DNA from: Methanoregulaceae archaeon
GTDB lineage: Archaea; Halobacteriota; Methanomicrobia; Methanomicrobiales; Methanospirillaceae
Length of the DNA: 64,000 nucleotides
Reading direction: 5' to 3'
Assembly (NCBI GenBank): GCA_050178135.1
Contig: JBFXGJ010000002.1
Coordinates: 14,407 to 78,406 of the forward strand
Below the pieces are notes generated by a model. That model saw only the letters and a program-made list of their open reading frames with translations. It was not told where the DNA came from and made no database searches. The position numbers and the translations under genes are program-made. Below, in pieces: positions 54,761 through 63,454 of the stretch. The stretch's first letter is position 1. Each line of letters begins with the position of its first letter.

Positions 54761-56044
54761 ATGGGGGAGCTGATCGTCGACGTCGGTGGACGTCCGGGGC
54801 TTGACTGCCGGGGCTTCTGCACCTATTGCTACTTCAAGCACGTCAGGGACCCGGCCCCACTCGGGTGCCGGCATTGCCTCCCCTTCAAGAAGGGGTGCGA
54901 CTACTGCACGCGCATGGTCCGCGAGCAGTACGACGGGTTCCGTCCATTTCGCGACGTCGCCCAGGAGACCCTGGGCCGGCTCCAGGTGGCGTCGGGCGAG
55001 ATCGATCGTGTGACGATCAGCGGCGGCGGTGACCCCAGCTGCTACCCGGCGTTCGAGGACCTCGCCGAGGTGCTCGCAGCCATCGAGGCGCCGCTCCACA
55101 TCGGGTACACCTCGGGCAAGGGGTTCGACGACCCTGGCGTCGCCGACCGACTGATCGAGCACGGTCTCGCGGAGGTCTCGTTCACGGTCTTCGCCTCCGA
55201 CCCTGAGCTTCGCCGACGATACATGCATGACCCCACACCCGAAGCGTCGCTCGCCGTGATCGAACGGCTCGCTGGCTCGATCGATCTCTACGCGGCGGTC
55301 GTTGTGCTCCCGGGCGTGAACGACGGGGCAGTCCTGGAGGAGACCGCTTCCTGGCTCGAGAATGCAGGTGCGAAGGGGCTGATCCTGATGCGCTTCGCGA
55401 ACGAGCCGCACCAGGGGCTCGTCCTTGGGAACGCCCCGGTGATGCCCGGGATCGAGCCCCAGTCGGTCGAGTCCTTCGCCGCGCTCGTCCACGACCTCTC
55501 CGGCCGACACCGGATGCGGATAACAGGCACACCGCTCCTCGACCCGGCCCTCGGGTCGCCCTTCGCGATTCGCAACGAGCCCGACCTCCTCGAGCGGCTC
55601 CCACGCCTCACCGGACGGGCTTCCGTCGTAACGGGCGCGGTAGCAGCCCCGTTCATCGGCCCGCTCCTTGAGCGACTCGGAGGTACGGCGACAGTGGTGC
55701 CGGTGAGAAAGGAGATCGCCTGCCTGATCACGGCCGACGACCTTCGCGAGATCGATCTCGCCGGCCTCGAGCAGCTCGTGGTTCTACCGGGTCGGGCTCT
55801 CGTTCACGACGGGGAGGCGGAGGCGATCCTCTCGGCCGATGGAGTTTCCAGGACCGTGGTCCGCGGCCCGGATATGCTGACCGCCGATGGCGAGACGAGC
55901 ATGGGTATGACCCGCGAGGGGGTGCTCGATCTGGAACTCTCCGGGTTCTTCGGCCTGGTGAATACGATCAACCTCCACGGCGACACCGGGTCGACCGAAG
56001 GCGGCGAAACGAGAGGGCGAGAACAGCACGACGTCCGGAGGTGA
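54761..56044 (+). CDS. mmp10: radical SAM protein, probably methanogenesis marker 10 (Mmp10)
   Basis: ORF 54650-56044. ATG 54761 gives MGELIVDVGGRPGLDCRGFCTYCYF, with CX3CX2C at residues 16/20/23 as in Mmp10. About 427 aa. Confidence 0.6.
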   Translation: MGELIVDVGGRPGLDCRGFCTYCYFKHVRDPAPLGCRHCLPFKKGCDYCTRMVREQYDGFRPFRDVAQETLGRLQVASGEIDRVTISGGGDPSCYPAFEDLAEVLAAIEAPLHIGYTSGKGFDDPGVADRLIEHGLAEVSFTVFASDPELRRRYMHDPTPEASLAVIERLAGSIDLYAAVVVLPGVNDGAVLEETASWLENAGAKGLILMRFANEPHQGLVLGNAPVMPGIEPQSVESFAALVHDLSGRHRMRITGTPLLDPALGSPFAIRNEPDLLERLPRLTGRASVVTGAVAAPFIGPLLERLGGTATVVPVRKEIACLITADDLREIDLAGLEQLVVLPGRALVHDGEAEAILSADGVSRTVVRGPDMLTADGETSMGMTREGVLDLELSGFFGLVNTINLHGDTGSTEGGETRGREQHDVRR

Positions 56045-56051
56045 GGGGGCG

Positions 56052-57383
56052 ATGAACGGTCCCAGCAACACCCTGGACGACTGGATCGCGTCCGAGTCGT
56101 TCTCCTTCTCCCTCGATGCGGACGCGTCCCTTGACCTCGCCGTCGACCGCATGATCGCCGCGCTGGACACCCGGGTAACGGTGCTCGGGCTCGGCGAGGC
56201 GCTCCACGGAGGAGAGGCGCTTCTTGCCTTTCGTAACCGCCTCTTCTTCCGTCTGGTGGAAGCCCACGGGTTCTCCGCCATCGCAATTGAGAGCGACTTC
56301 CTCCGGGGCCGGCTCGTCGACGACTACATCGCCGGCACGAGACCTGGTTCGCTTGAGGATGTCTGCGAGGCCGGTTTCAGCCATGGCTTCGGACGGCTCG
56401 AGGCGAACCGGGAACTCGTGGAGTGGATGCGGCAGTATAACCGTGACCTATCCCATCCCATTCCAATCCGGTTCTACGGCGTCGACAGCCCAACGGAGAT
56501 GACCCACGCCGGGAGCCCGCGTGCGCTCCTCTCGGTCTCGGTCGAGTACCTGCACTCGATCGAAGGGAAAATCGGTGACCGCGAGAGGTACGAGCACCTC
56601 CTGACCCTCGTCGGCGACGACACCCGGTGGGAGAACCCGGCGGCGATGATGGATCCGGCACAGTCGGTGGGTCTCTCGCCGGAGACGACGGCGCTTCGGG
56701 CCCAGGTCGAGGACCTGGTGATGGAACTGCGGCTTCTTCGCCCCGTCCTCGTCACGGCGGACGAGATCGGTCGGTACCGCGAAGCTCTCTTCTGCGCGGA
56801 GGCGGCCCGTTGGCTTCTCTCCTACCACGCCGAGGCGGCACGAACGTCGGAGGCGGGCAGCCGGATCATCAGAATGCTCGGGATGCGCGACGTGATGATG
56901 GCGGACACCATCGCCTTTGCCTCCGAGAGGGAAGAGGGGCGGGGCCGGGTGCTGGTCTTTGCCCATAACAGCCACCTTGCCCGCCGGCGAGCCGAGTGGC
57001 AACTCGGCCCCCACCACCTCGCCTGGTGGCCGGCAGGGCCCCATCTGGATACGCATCTCGGTGCAGGCTACGCCGTCATCGGGTCGGGGGTGGTGGTGTC
57101 GGAGGCGAACGGTATCGGGCGGGCGGAGGTGAATTCCCTGGAGGAGCGACTCTTTGCTGACACGCGTGAAGGGGTCTTTATCCCGACGCACCGAGGCAGG
57201 CTCCTCGACCGGGCTGCGGTCGAGACCCTTGAAAGCCGATCGAGGAGCCGGCGCAACACTACGTACTTCCCACTCACACCCGGGAGCATCGAATCGTTCG
57301 ACGGACTTTTTATTGTCGGCTCCACGGAATACGCCCGCGGGGGGCCGCCTCTCCCGACGGACGACACCCCCTCGAGCGGGTGA
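56052..57383 (+). CDS. erythromycin esterase (Ere/ChaN)-family protein
   Basis: Motifs LGLGEALHGGEALLAFRNRLFFRLVEAHGFSAIAIESDF and NRELVEWMRQYN. Starts 7 nt after the mmp10 stop. Confidence 0.65.
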   Translation: MNGPSNTLDDWIASESFSFSLDADASLDLAVDRMIAALDTRVTVLGLGEALHGGEALLAFRNRLFFRLVEAHGFSAIAIESDFLRGRLVDDYIAGTRPGSLEDVCEAGFSHGFGRLEANRELVEWMRQYNRDLSHPIPIRFYGVDSPTEMTHAGSPRALLSVSVEYLHSIEGKIGDRERYEHLLTLVGDDTRWENPAAMMDPAQSVGLSPETTALRAQVEDLVMELRLLRPVLVTADEIGRYREALFCAEAARWLLSYHAEAARTSEAGSRIIRMLGMRDVMMADTIAFASEREEGRGRVLVFAHNSHLARRRAEWQLGPHHLAWWPAGPHLDTHLGAGYAVIGSGVVVSEANGIGRAEVNSLEERLFADTREGVFIPTHRGRLLDRAAVETLESRSRSRRNTTYFPLTPGSIESFDGLFIVGSTEYARGGPPLPTDDTPSSG

Positions 57384-57442
57384 GGGAGTTCCGTCCTGCA
57401 TCGACCGGTACGGTTATCCGTTCGGGACGTCGATGCGAAGGC

Positions 57443-57934
57443 ATGGCAACCGTTCTTGTTGCGTATGCGTCGAAGCACGGGGCGACGCGGGAGATCGCGC
57501 AGTGGATCGCGGAGGCGCTCGAGCGGATGGGGGTGACGGCCCCCGTGCTGCCGGCGGACGAGGTCGGCGACCTCGAGGGAATCGATGCCGTGGTGATCGG
57601 CGGCCCGCTCTACGTGGGGCGGGTTTTAAAACCCGTCTCTTCCTTCTTCTCTCATCACCGGGCCGCACTCGGAACGATTCCTGTAGCGCTCTTTCTCTCC
57701 GGGACACTGATCGCCTCCGGTGACGCCCGCCAGGACGAGCGGGGTCGGGCGATCGCTGAAAAAATCCATCAGGGGGTTCCGATCGCGGCCCTCGCCCTCT
57801 TCGGCGGGCGATTCTCCGCTCGCCAGGTGCCGGTCGTCGGGCGGCTCTTTCCGGGAGCCGAACAGAAGGACACCCGCGACCGGCCCACGATCGAGGCGTG
57901 GGCGGAAGCGCTCCCCATCCGGTTCGGTCTCTGA
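57443..57934 (+). CDS. flavodoxin-domain protein (HemG-like)
   Basis: ORF 57380-57934. ATG 57443 gives MATVLVAYASKHGATREIAQWIAEAL. Confidence 0.6.
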   Translation: MATVLVAYASKHGATREIAQWIAEALERMGVTAPVLPADEVGDLEGIDAVVIGGPLYVGRVLKPVSSFFSHHRAALGTIPVALFLSGTLIASGDARQDERGRAIAEKIHQGVPIAALALFGGRFSARQVPVVGRLFPGAEQKDTRDRPTIEAWAEALPIRFGL

Positions 57935-58594
57935 TCAGGAGAAGAGATCGGGGGGTTGTGGGAAGAGGACCTCACGGTTATAGACCACGAGGAGGATAAC
58001 GAAGAGGAGGAGTGGCAGGTCGATCGCGAGCAGCTTCCCGAAGCCCGTGTGGCCGATCAGGAGGTTGAAGAGTGCGTGCACCGTGATCGCCACGGTGAAG
58101 AGGCCGAAGAGGATCGCTGGGAGAGACCGTCGCGAGAACCCGTAGGTCAGAAAGATCCCGTAGCCGATGATCGCCGTCATGCACCCGTGCATCACCGAGG
58201 TGGTGATCCCCCGCATCATCACGTAGACGATCGAGCCGACACCGGCGATTTCGTAGTGAGTGATGAAGACGTAGTTCTCCAGGATCGCGAAGCCGAACCC
58301 CGACGCCATCGCCAGCACCAGGAGCTCCTTCGAGTACCGCCGTCCGAAGACGAGCAGAAGGACGAAGAGGGGAAGCGACTTCAGGAACTCCTCGACCACC
58401 GGGGCGATCGTCACCTCGGGCACCACGGCGGTGGACGCGAAGAGGAGGTACAGGTGGTAGTTGACGAAATAGGCGATTGCACCCGCGGAGAGGCCCCAGA
58501 CGAGAAACGAGAGGATCCGCCGCTGTTCGCCCTCCAGGAAGACCAGGAGAAAGAAGAGGGGCAGCGATGCCGCGAGGTAGAACTCAAGGATCAT
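57935..58594 (-). CDS. PrsW-family intramembrane protease
   Basis: Motifs EEFLKSLPL, GFGFAILEN, and RGITTSVMHGCMTAIIGYG in a multi-TM protein. Confidence 0.65.
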   Translation of the reverse strand: MILEFYLAASLPLFFLLVFLEGEQRRILSFLVWGLSAGAIAYFVNYHLYLLFASTAVVPEVTIAPVVEEFLKSLPLFVLLLVFGRRYSKELLVLAMASGFGFAILENYVFITHYEIAGVGSIVYVMMRGITTSVMHGCMTAIIGYGIFLTYGFSRRSLPAILFGLFTVAITVHALFNLLIGHTGFGKLLAIDLPLLLFVILLVVYNREVLFPQPPDLFS

Positions 58595-59325
58595 TCCATC
58601 GCCTCCTTTGTCCTGCCGAGCAGCCCGATCCCGAGCAGCGCGAACGAGATCGCGGCCAGCGGGCCGACGACACCGAAGAGCCAGTGGGGCTCAAGCACGG
58701 TCGAACGATAGGCGTTCAGGATATGGGTGATGGAGATCGCCAGCGTCCCCAGGAAGAGGACGCGGTAGAGGTAGATCGAGTACAGGAGTGAGATCATCAC
58801 CAGGCCCCCGCAGAGCACGAAGAAGAGGAGCGTCAGGAGGGTGGCGGGCGTCACGCCCAGGTCCGCCACCAGCCAGAGAGCGACGATGACAAGCGGCCCG
58901 AGCACCACAAGGCCAACCCAGGACGGGAGGCGGTTTCGGACGAAGACCTCCTGGTACCCGGCGATCAGGAAGGGGAAGACACCGACGAACCCGGCGTCAG
59001 CGACGGTCGGGTACGGCAGGCTCGTCCCGATGATCAGGGTGTAGGCATACCAGAACGCGTTCGCGAGGGTCCACCCCCCGGCGGCGAATGCGGCATGGAC
59101 CAGGAGCACGTCGCGCGACCACCGAAAATACGCATACGCGCAGATGATGGTGACCGCCGACGAGGCGAGGAGCTGAGTGTAGTTGCTCAGGTCGTAGAAG
59201 CCCGGGAACGAGTGACCGGGGGCGACGAGAACCACCCCGAAGAGGCCGATCGAGACCGCCAGGAGGAGATAGAAGGCGGCGGAGAGGACCGCAAGGCGGG
59301 CGAGGGGCGTGCCGGGGGCTTCCAC
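58591..59325 (-). CDS. hypothetical polytopic membrane protein
   Basis: 244 aa with about 7 hydrophobic helices. 4-nt overlap with the downstream prsW-like gene. Confidence 0.45.
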   Translation of the reverse strand: MEAPGTPLARLAVLSAAFYLLLAVSIGLFGVVLVAPGHSFPGFYDLSNYTQLLASSAVTIICAYAYFRWSRDVLLVHAAFAAGGWTLANAFWYAYTLIIGTSLPYPTVADAGFVGVFPFLIAGYQEVFVRNRLPSWVGLVVLGPLVIVALWLVADLGVTPATLLTLLFFVLCGGLVMISLLYSIYLYRVLFLGTLAISITHILNAYRSTVLEPHWLFGVVGPLAAISFALLGIGLLGRTKEAME

Positions 59326-59417
59326 CCGGAGAGGTGGATCCAGGGACGTCTTAAAACCCCCCTCTCACCGGTATCCATAACCGTCTCCATGTTGAGATCT
59401 CGTGCACGATCCGATCC

Positions 59418-60668
59418 ATGGCCGACACACTCCCCGCCATGCTCCATGCCTGGTACTCCGAGCGGGCCCGCTTCCTCGGGCCCGGCCTGATCCTCGCCAT
59501 GTCGTCGGCCGGCTGGGTGGGTATCCTCGTCTTTCTCGCGCTCGGCGCGAACATGGGCTACGCCCTCCTCTGGGCGATCGCCGGCGTGCTCATCTACAAG
59601 TACACCTTCACGACCGGGATCGCCCGGTACACCGTCTCCCAGGGGGAGAACATCTACGCGGGCCTCCAGCGCATACCGGGGCTGAGGAACTGGGAGGTGC
59701 TCTTTATCGGCGCCGTCTACGTGGTCGAGATCGTCTATCACGCCGGCGGAGCGCTCGTCGCGGCCAGCCTGCTCGCTGGCATGGTGCCGATGCGCATTCC
59801 GGTGCAGTACGCGATGATAGGGATCTTCGTCCTGATCACCCTGATCCTCTTTCAGAACTCGTACTCGTTCTTCAAGAGGATCATGGTCGGGGCCGGGATC
59901 GTGATCATCGCCGGAATGTGTGTCAACTTCCTCTCGCTTTACATCTCGCCGACCGAGATCGCCACCGGCCTCTTCTTTCCCGCCTTCGGGAACGAGGACC
60001 ACCTCTACTACGCGGGCGTGATCATGTGCTCGCTCGGCACCGGCCTCTCGCTTCTCTGTTCGTCGATGTGGCTCCAGAAGCAGATCGGCGACAACCACGG
60101 CGAGACCTTCTTCCGCGACCACATGAAGTCGGTCTACTTCGACCTCCGCCTCGGGTTCGGTATCCTCGCCCTCCTCTCTTTTTTCTACCTCACGATCGGG
60201 TTCGTGGTCCTAAACGAGCACGGTCTCCCGGCCTTCGAACAGGACCTTATGGTCCCGGTGATCGGCCATACCATGGACGTGATCCCATTCGGAATGACCA
60301 TCTTTGTCGCCATCTCGTTCTTGACCCTCTTCATCTACCTGATCGGCGCGACGGACGGACGGGCGCGAGCCGTCGCATGGATCCTGAAGCAGACGGTCCC
60401 GACGCGGATCTCCGAGGACTGGCTCTACCGTGGGGTCGTGGTCCTCTTCTCCCTGGTCTTCATCCTCTTTGCGTACTTCGGCAGCAAGTACACGATCAAG
60501 GACGTCCTGACGGTCTCGGTCTTCATGTTCGGCCTCGTCGGGTTCATGTTGATCTGGCTCGATCGACGGCTACCAGTCTACGCCCGGGGTTCTCGCCTCT
60601 GGTACGCGATCATGCTGGTCGGTTCGACCCTCTTCCCGGTGGGTTCGGTCTTCTACGCGATGATGTAA
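59418..60668 (+). CDS. Nramp-related membrane transporter (divergent metal-site motif)
   Basis: The block FLGPGLILAMSSAGWVGILVFLALGANMGYALLWAI aligns by eye with the Nramp TM1 region, but SSAG replaces the DPGN motif. About 11 TM. Confidence 0.55.
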   Translation: MADTLPAMLHAWYSERARFLGPGLILAMSSAGWVGILVFLALGANMGYALLWAIAGVLIYKYTFTTGIARYTVSQGENIYAGLQRIPGLRNWEVLFIGAVYVVEIVYHAGGALVAASLLAGMVPMRIPVQYAMIGIFVLITLILFQNSYSFFKRIMVGAGIVIIAGMCVNFLSLYISPTEIATGLFFPAFGNEDHLYYAGVIMCSLGTGLSLLCSSMWLQKQIGDNHGETFFRDHMKSVYFDLRLGFGILALLSFFYLTIGFVVLNEHGLPAFEQDLMVPVIGHTMDVIPFGMTIFVAISFLTLFIYLIGATDGRARAVAWILKQTVPTRISEDWLYRGVVVLFSLVFILFAYFGSKYTIKDVLTVSVFMFGLVGFMLIWLDRRLPVYARGSRLWYAIMLVGSTLFPVGSVFYAMM

Positions 60669-60718
60669 CCGACAGTCGCGAGCTCAGGGTTCGGTTCCTT
60701 CTGTGGAATCCGTTGCGC

Positions 60719-60736
60719 CGCTCTCACGTGAGAGCG
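60719..60736. terminator. 18-nt perfect palindrome CGCTCTCACGTGAGAGCG between convergent genes
   Basis: Lies between the Nramp-like stop (60668) and the convergent minus-strand small ORF/propeller unit, followed by ataaaaag. Could act as a bidirectional stem-loop. Confidence 0.3.
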
Positions 60737-60759
60737 ATAAAAAGAGGAGAATCCCCCCC

Positions 60760-60906
60760 TCATGGGGGGTATATGCCGTTAACTCCGCTGCCGATGGCCC
60801 CCTGCAGGAGACCAACGTCGACCCCCAGCATCGATGCCACGGAGAGGCCGACAACGATCGCCAGGATCCCGGCGATCGTGATCATCAGGAGATCCCGCCG
60901 TTTCAT
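60760..60906 (-). CDS. possible 48-aa single-TM peptide
   Basis: Hand-translated MKRRDLLMITIAGILAIVVGLSVASMLGVDVGLLQGAIGSGVNGIYPP. GC-rich third positions. Lies 38 nt downstream of the propeller gene and is below the ORF-track length cutoff. Confidence 0.25.
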   Translation of the reverse strand: MKRRDLLMITIAGILAIVVGLSVASMLGVDVGLLQGAIGSGVNGIYPP

Positions 60907-60944
60907 GATTCACATTTCACAGAGCGGAGAGAAAAAGGTTCTGA

Positions 60945-61946
60945 TCACCGGTGGTTCGTCGCAGCGTAGATCCTCGTCCTTCCTCCCCGGTAGTCCTGCC
61001 AGACGATTGTGTCGCGCCCGACCGACGGCCAACCCTGGTCCTCGGGCTGGGTGCAGACGGGGTACTCGTTCATCGTTGAGAGATTGAAGGCGTAGATGTC
61101 CCAGTTCTGGTTTCGCCCGTCGACCCATGCGACCGTGTCATCCCTGATCTTCGGGAGCCACTGGCGAGCGGCATCGTCGCAGATAACCAGTTCCTCGTTC
61201 GAGCTGAGGTTGTAGAGATAGATGTCGAAACCTTTTCCCGAACGGTAGTCCTGCCAGACAACCCGGTCCCCCGAGACCGCCGGCAACCACTGGCCCCGCT
61301 TCTCCCGGCAGATCACGACCTCCTTCTCCTGTGAAAGATCGTAGGCGTAGATGTCGCCCGCCGTCTCGTACCCCATCCGGTAATCCTCCCAGACAACCAC
61401 GTCCCCGTCGATGTCGGGGTCGTATTGTGTCTGGGGCTGGACGCAGATCGCCCGTTCAGTCCTCGAGGCGAGGTCGTAGAGGTAGATGTCGGGGTCCCCG
61501 TTTCGCTCATCGACCCAGACGACCCGGTCCCCTGATACGACGGGGTGGGACTGTTTCGCCGGGTGGAGGCAGATCGGCATCTCCTCTCCCGTCGTGAGAT
61601 TGAATATGTAGATATCCCAGTTCCCGTTCCGCTTGTCCTGCCAGACGACCCGGTCCTGCCAGATTGAGGGGGTGAACTGGATCCAGGGGTGCGGCGAGAC
61701 GACCCGAGAACGTTGATTTGAGAGTGAGAAGACCTCGATCTGCGTGACCTGTCCGATGCCGTGCTCCTCCCAGGCGATGAGATCCCCGCTGATGGCGGGG
61801 TAGAGAGGGCTTGAACCGTTGGGAGAGATCCTGGTGCCGTCCGCTGACCACGAGGCTGGACCGGGTGGTCCGGGAGCGACGACTGACAGGAGGGCGACGA
61901 GTCCCAGCAGGACGGCAGCCCCGGAAAGCAGCAGGCGTTGGTTCAT
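60945..61946 (-). CDS. secreted seven-bladed beta-propeller repeat protein
   Basis: Signal MNQRLLLSGAAVLLGLVALLSVVAP. Seven units of the type GDRVVWQDYRSGKGFDIYLYNL. Confidence 0.65.
   Translation of the reverse strand: MNQRLLLSGAAVLLGLVALLSVVAPGPPGPASWSADGTRISPNGSSPLYPAISGDLIAWEEHGIGQVTQIEVFSLSNQRSRVVSPHPWIQFTPSIWQDRVVWQDKRNGNWDIYIFNLTTGEEMPICLHPAKQSHPVVSGDRVVWVDERNGDPDIYLYDLASRTERAICVQPQTQYDPDIDGDVVVWEDYRMGYETAGDIYAYDLSQEKEVVICREKRGQWLPAVSGDRVVWQDYRSGKGFDIYLYNLSSNEELVICDDAARQWLPKIRDDTVAWVDGRNQNWDIYAFNLSTMNEYPVCTQPEDQGWPSVGRDTIVWQDYRGGRTRIYAATNHR
60948..61784 (-). repeat. seven tandem ~45-aa propeller-blade repeats
   Basis: Blade cores: GDLIAWEEH, QDRVVWQDKRNGNWDIYIFNL, GDRVVWVDERNGDPDIYLYDL, GDVVVWEDYR...DIYAYDL, GDRVVWQDYRSGKGFDIYLYNL, DDTVAWVDGRNQNWDIYAFNL, RDTIVWQDYRGGRTRIYAA. 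Confidence 0.75.
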
Positions 61947-62076
61947 TGTGGACCTACAGAAGAGGGTTATGCGCGCCGGGTTCTAACCGTTCCGGTACAG
62001 CGCGGTCCTCGCTCTCCTGTAAAAAACGGGAGGTGAAAGGTTGATTAGCATTATTGATCATGATCGATAGGGAGAG

Positions 62077-62370
62077 GTGGGGAGCATCGAGCACATCCGC
62101 TGCAGGACCTGCCAGTATTATGTCGTCGTTGATCCCCTGGTTCCAGACCAGGGAGAATGCCGCAGGCGGGCGCCGTGCTTCCCCGGTAACGGGGCATCTG
62201 CCGGGTTCCCATTCGTGCGCGAGGGGTGCTGGTGCGGGGAGTGGCTCTCCGAAACCCTGGCCGTACCCGAGCCGGTCCGGGTCCGTCCGGCCGTTCGCCG
62301 GGCGATGGTCGACCCCTTCGTCGAGTCGGACGATGCGAAGAGCGAGTTCAACGACATCTGGCTTCCGTGA
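62077..62370 (+). CDS. hypothetical small Cys-rich protein
   Basis: GTG start preceded by ggagagg and an AT-rich promoter-like stretch. High GC3. Contains CRTCQYY...ECRRRAP...GCWCGEW. Confidence 0.4.
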   Translation: MGSIEHIRCRTCQYYVVVDPLVPDQGECRRRAPCFPGNGASAGFPFVREGCWCGEWLSETLAVPEPVRVRPAVRRAMVDPFVESDDAKSEFNDIWLP

Positions 62371-62436
62371 GCGGGTGATTACCTTCTCTTCTCCGCCCCA
62401 GGACCGCGGTGATCATGACTACGGTCCAGCTCTTTC

Positions 62437-63301
62437 ATGGAGCGTTCCCGACACCCGCGTGAGTTCGGCCAGCCCCGGGACCTCGCTGATGCCGTGGCTT
62501 TATCCGATCTCGAGGTACCGATCTCCCTGATCTCGACCTGACTCCCCGCGAACGGCGAGGTGGACTGCCTGTTCGTGATTCCCCCCGGGCCCGTGTTTCT
62601 CGATCCCAGGGCGTACCGCGGCACGATTGATGGCGTCGCGGAGGGCAACTGGCGGGTAATTGGACCCGACGGGACCGGTGTGGGCCTCCCCGTCAACCTC
62701 TTCCGCCAGTTCCGAACCCTCCGTGACGACCATGTCCGCCGTCTCTTCCGGATCCACGCCGGCGCGTTCCCGCAGGTCGACGAGCAGGACCTGCGCACGG
62801 TCTTCGCCTGGGATCCCTTCCAGGAGGGTCGACCTGCCCGCCGGGGCTGGTGGAGCGCGAGCGGGTCGGGTGGTTCGATGTCGTGACCGTCGAGAACGGG
62901 TCGAACGGCTGCTCCTCGCACACCCGGGCTTCACAGTCCACGAGGAGGAGAGGGACACCAATATCCCGGGACCTTGGGTCGCGCATGTATCGGGAATCAC
63001 CCCTTTCGATGAAGTGCCCGCTCGCCTTCGCGCAGGTGCTCGTTGAGCGGATGGACACCCTCGTCGCCCGGATGGAGGCGCCCCCCCGTCCCATCGCGGA
63101 CCCCGGTCGATCCGAGGAGTCCTTCACACCCCCGCCGCACGGGCCGGAGCCGCTGGAAGTCGATGCCGGGTTTAGCTCGCCCATCGAATCCGTCGATTCG
63201 TCTGCGCCGAGTATGACTCCCCTCCACGCCGGGAGGGGCGCGAGGAGTTTTCCGTCACCCCGGGCGAGGTAAAACCGTGCGATGGACGTCTCGAATCGCA
63301 C
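62437..63301. other. unresolved coding potential, possible decayed gene(s)
   Basis: Overlapping ORFs on both strands (62560-62886 +, 62850-63272 +, 62693-63301 -, 62500-63000 -). The best GC3 is in plus frame 62560-62886. In-frame TGA stops fall at 62368-62370, 62416-62418, 62422-62424 and 62539-62541. No family recognised. Confidence 0.2.
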
Positions 63302-63454
63302 GCCGTCTGTCTGCGGAACGCTCAGGAGCCGGCGGCTGAGCAGGACTGCAGGACCGATCTGACAGCGGATATCCGGTCTGTAAACGACCGGGAGAACACC
63401 GCGACGAACCGCTTCGTCTTCAGGATGCGGGTGGGGGATTGGGGTTTTTCGTCC

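Noticed and set aside
59402-61087. 561-aa plus-strand ORF spanning the Nramp-like gene and beyond
   Set aside because: It is out of frame with the well-formed membrane protein ORF 59418-60668. Its product is extremely Arg/Pro/Gly-rich (RRR, PRP runs) with no hydrophobic helices. It is a composition artefact.
62368-62370. TGA at the end of the Cys-rich ORF as a read-through or Sec codon linking it to ORF 62560-62886 in the same frame
   Set aside because: Three further in-frame stops (62416-62418, 62422-62424 and 62539-62541) lie between them. Simple read-through cannot join the ORFs.
62500-63000. Minus-strand ORF whose C-terminal half looked protein-like (…ALRDAINRAAVRPGIEKHGPGGNHEQAVHLAV…), briefly considered as a Tpt1/KptA or macro-domain remnant
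   Set aside because: Its third-codon GC content is lower than that of the overlapping plus frame. It uses GAA/AAT/GTT codons more than confirmed genes here. The motif resemblance was too weak to defend.
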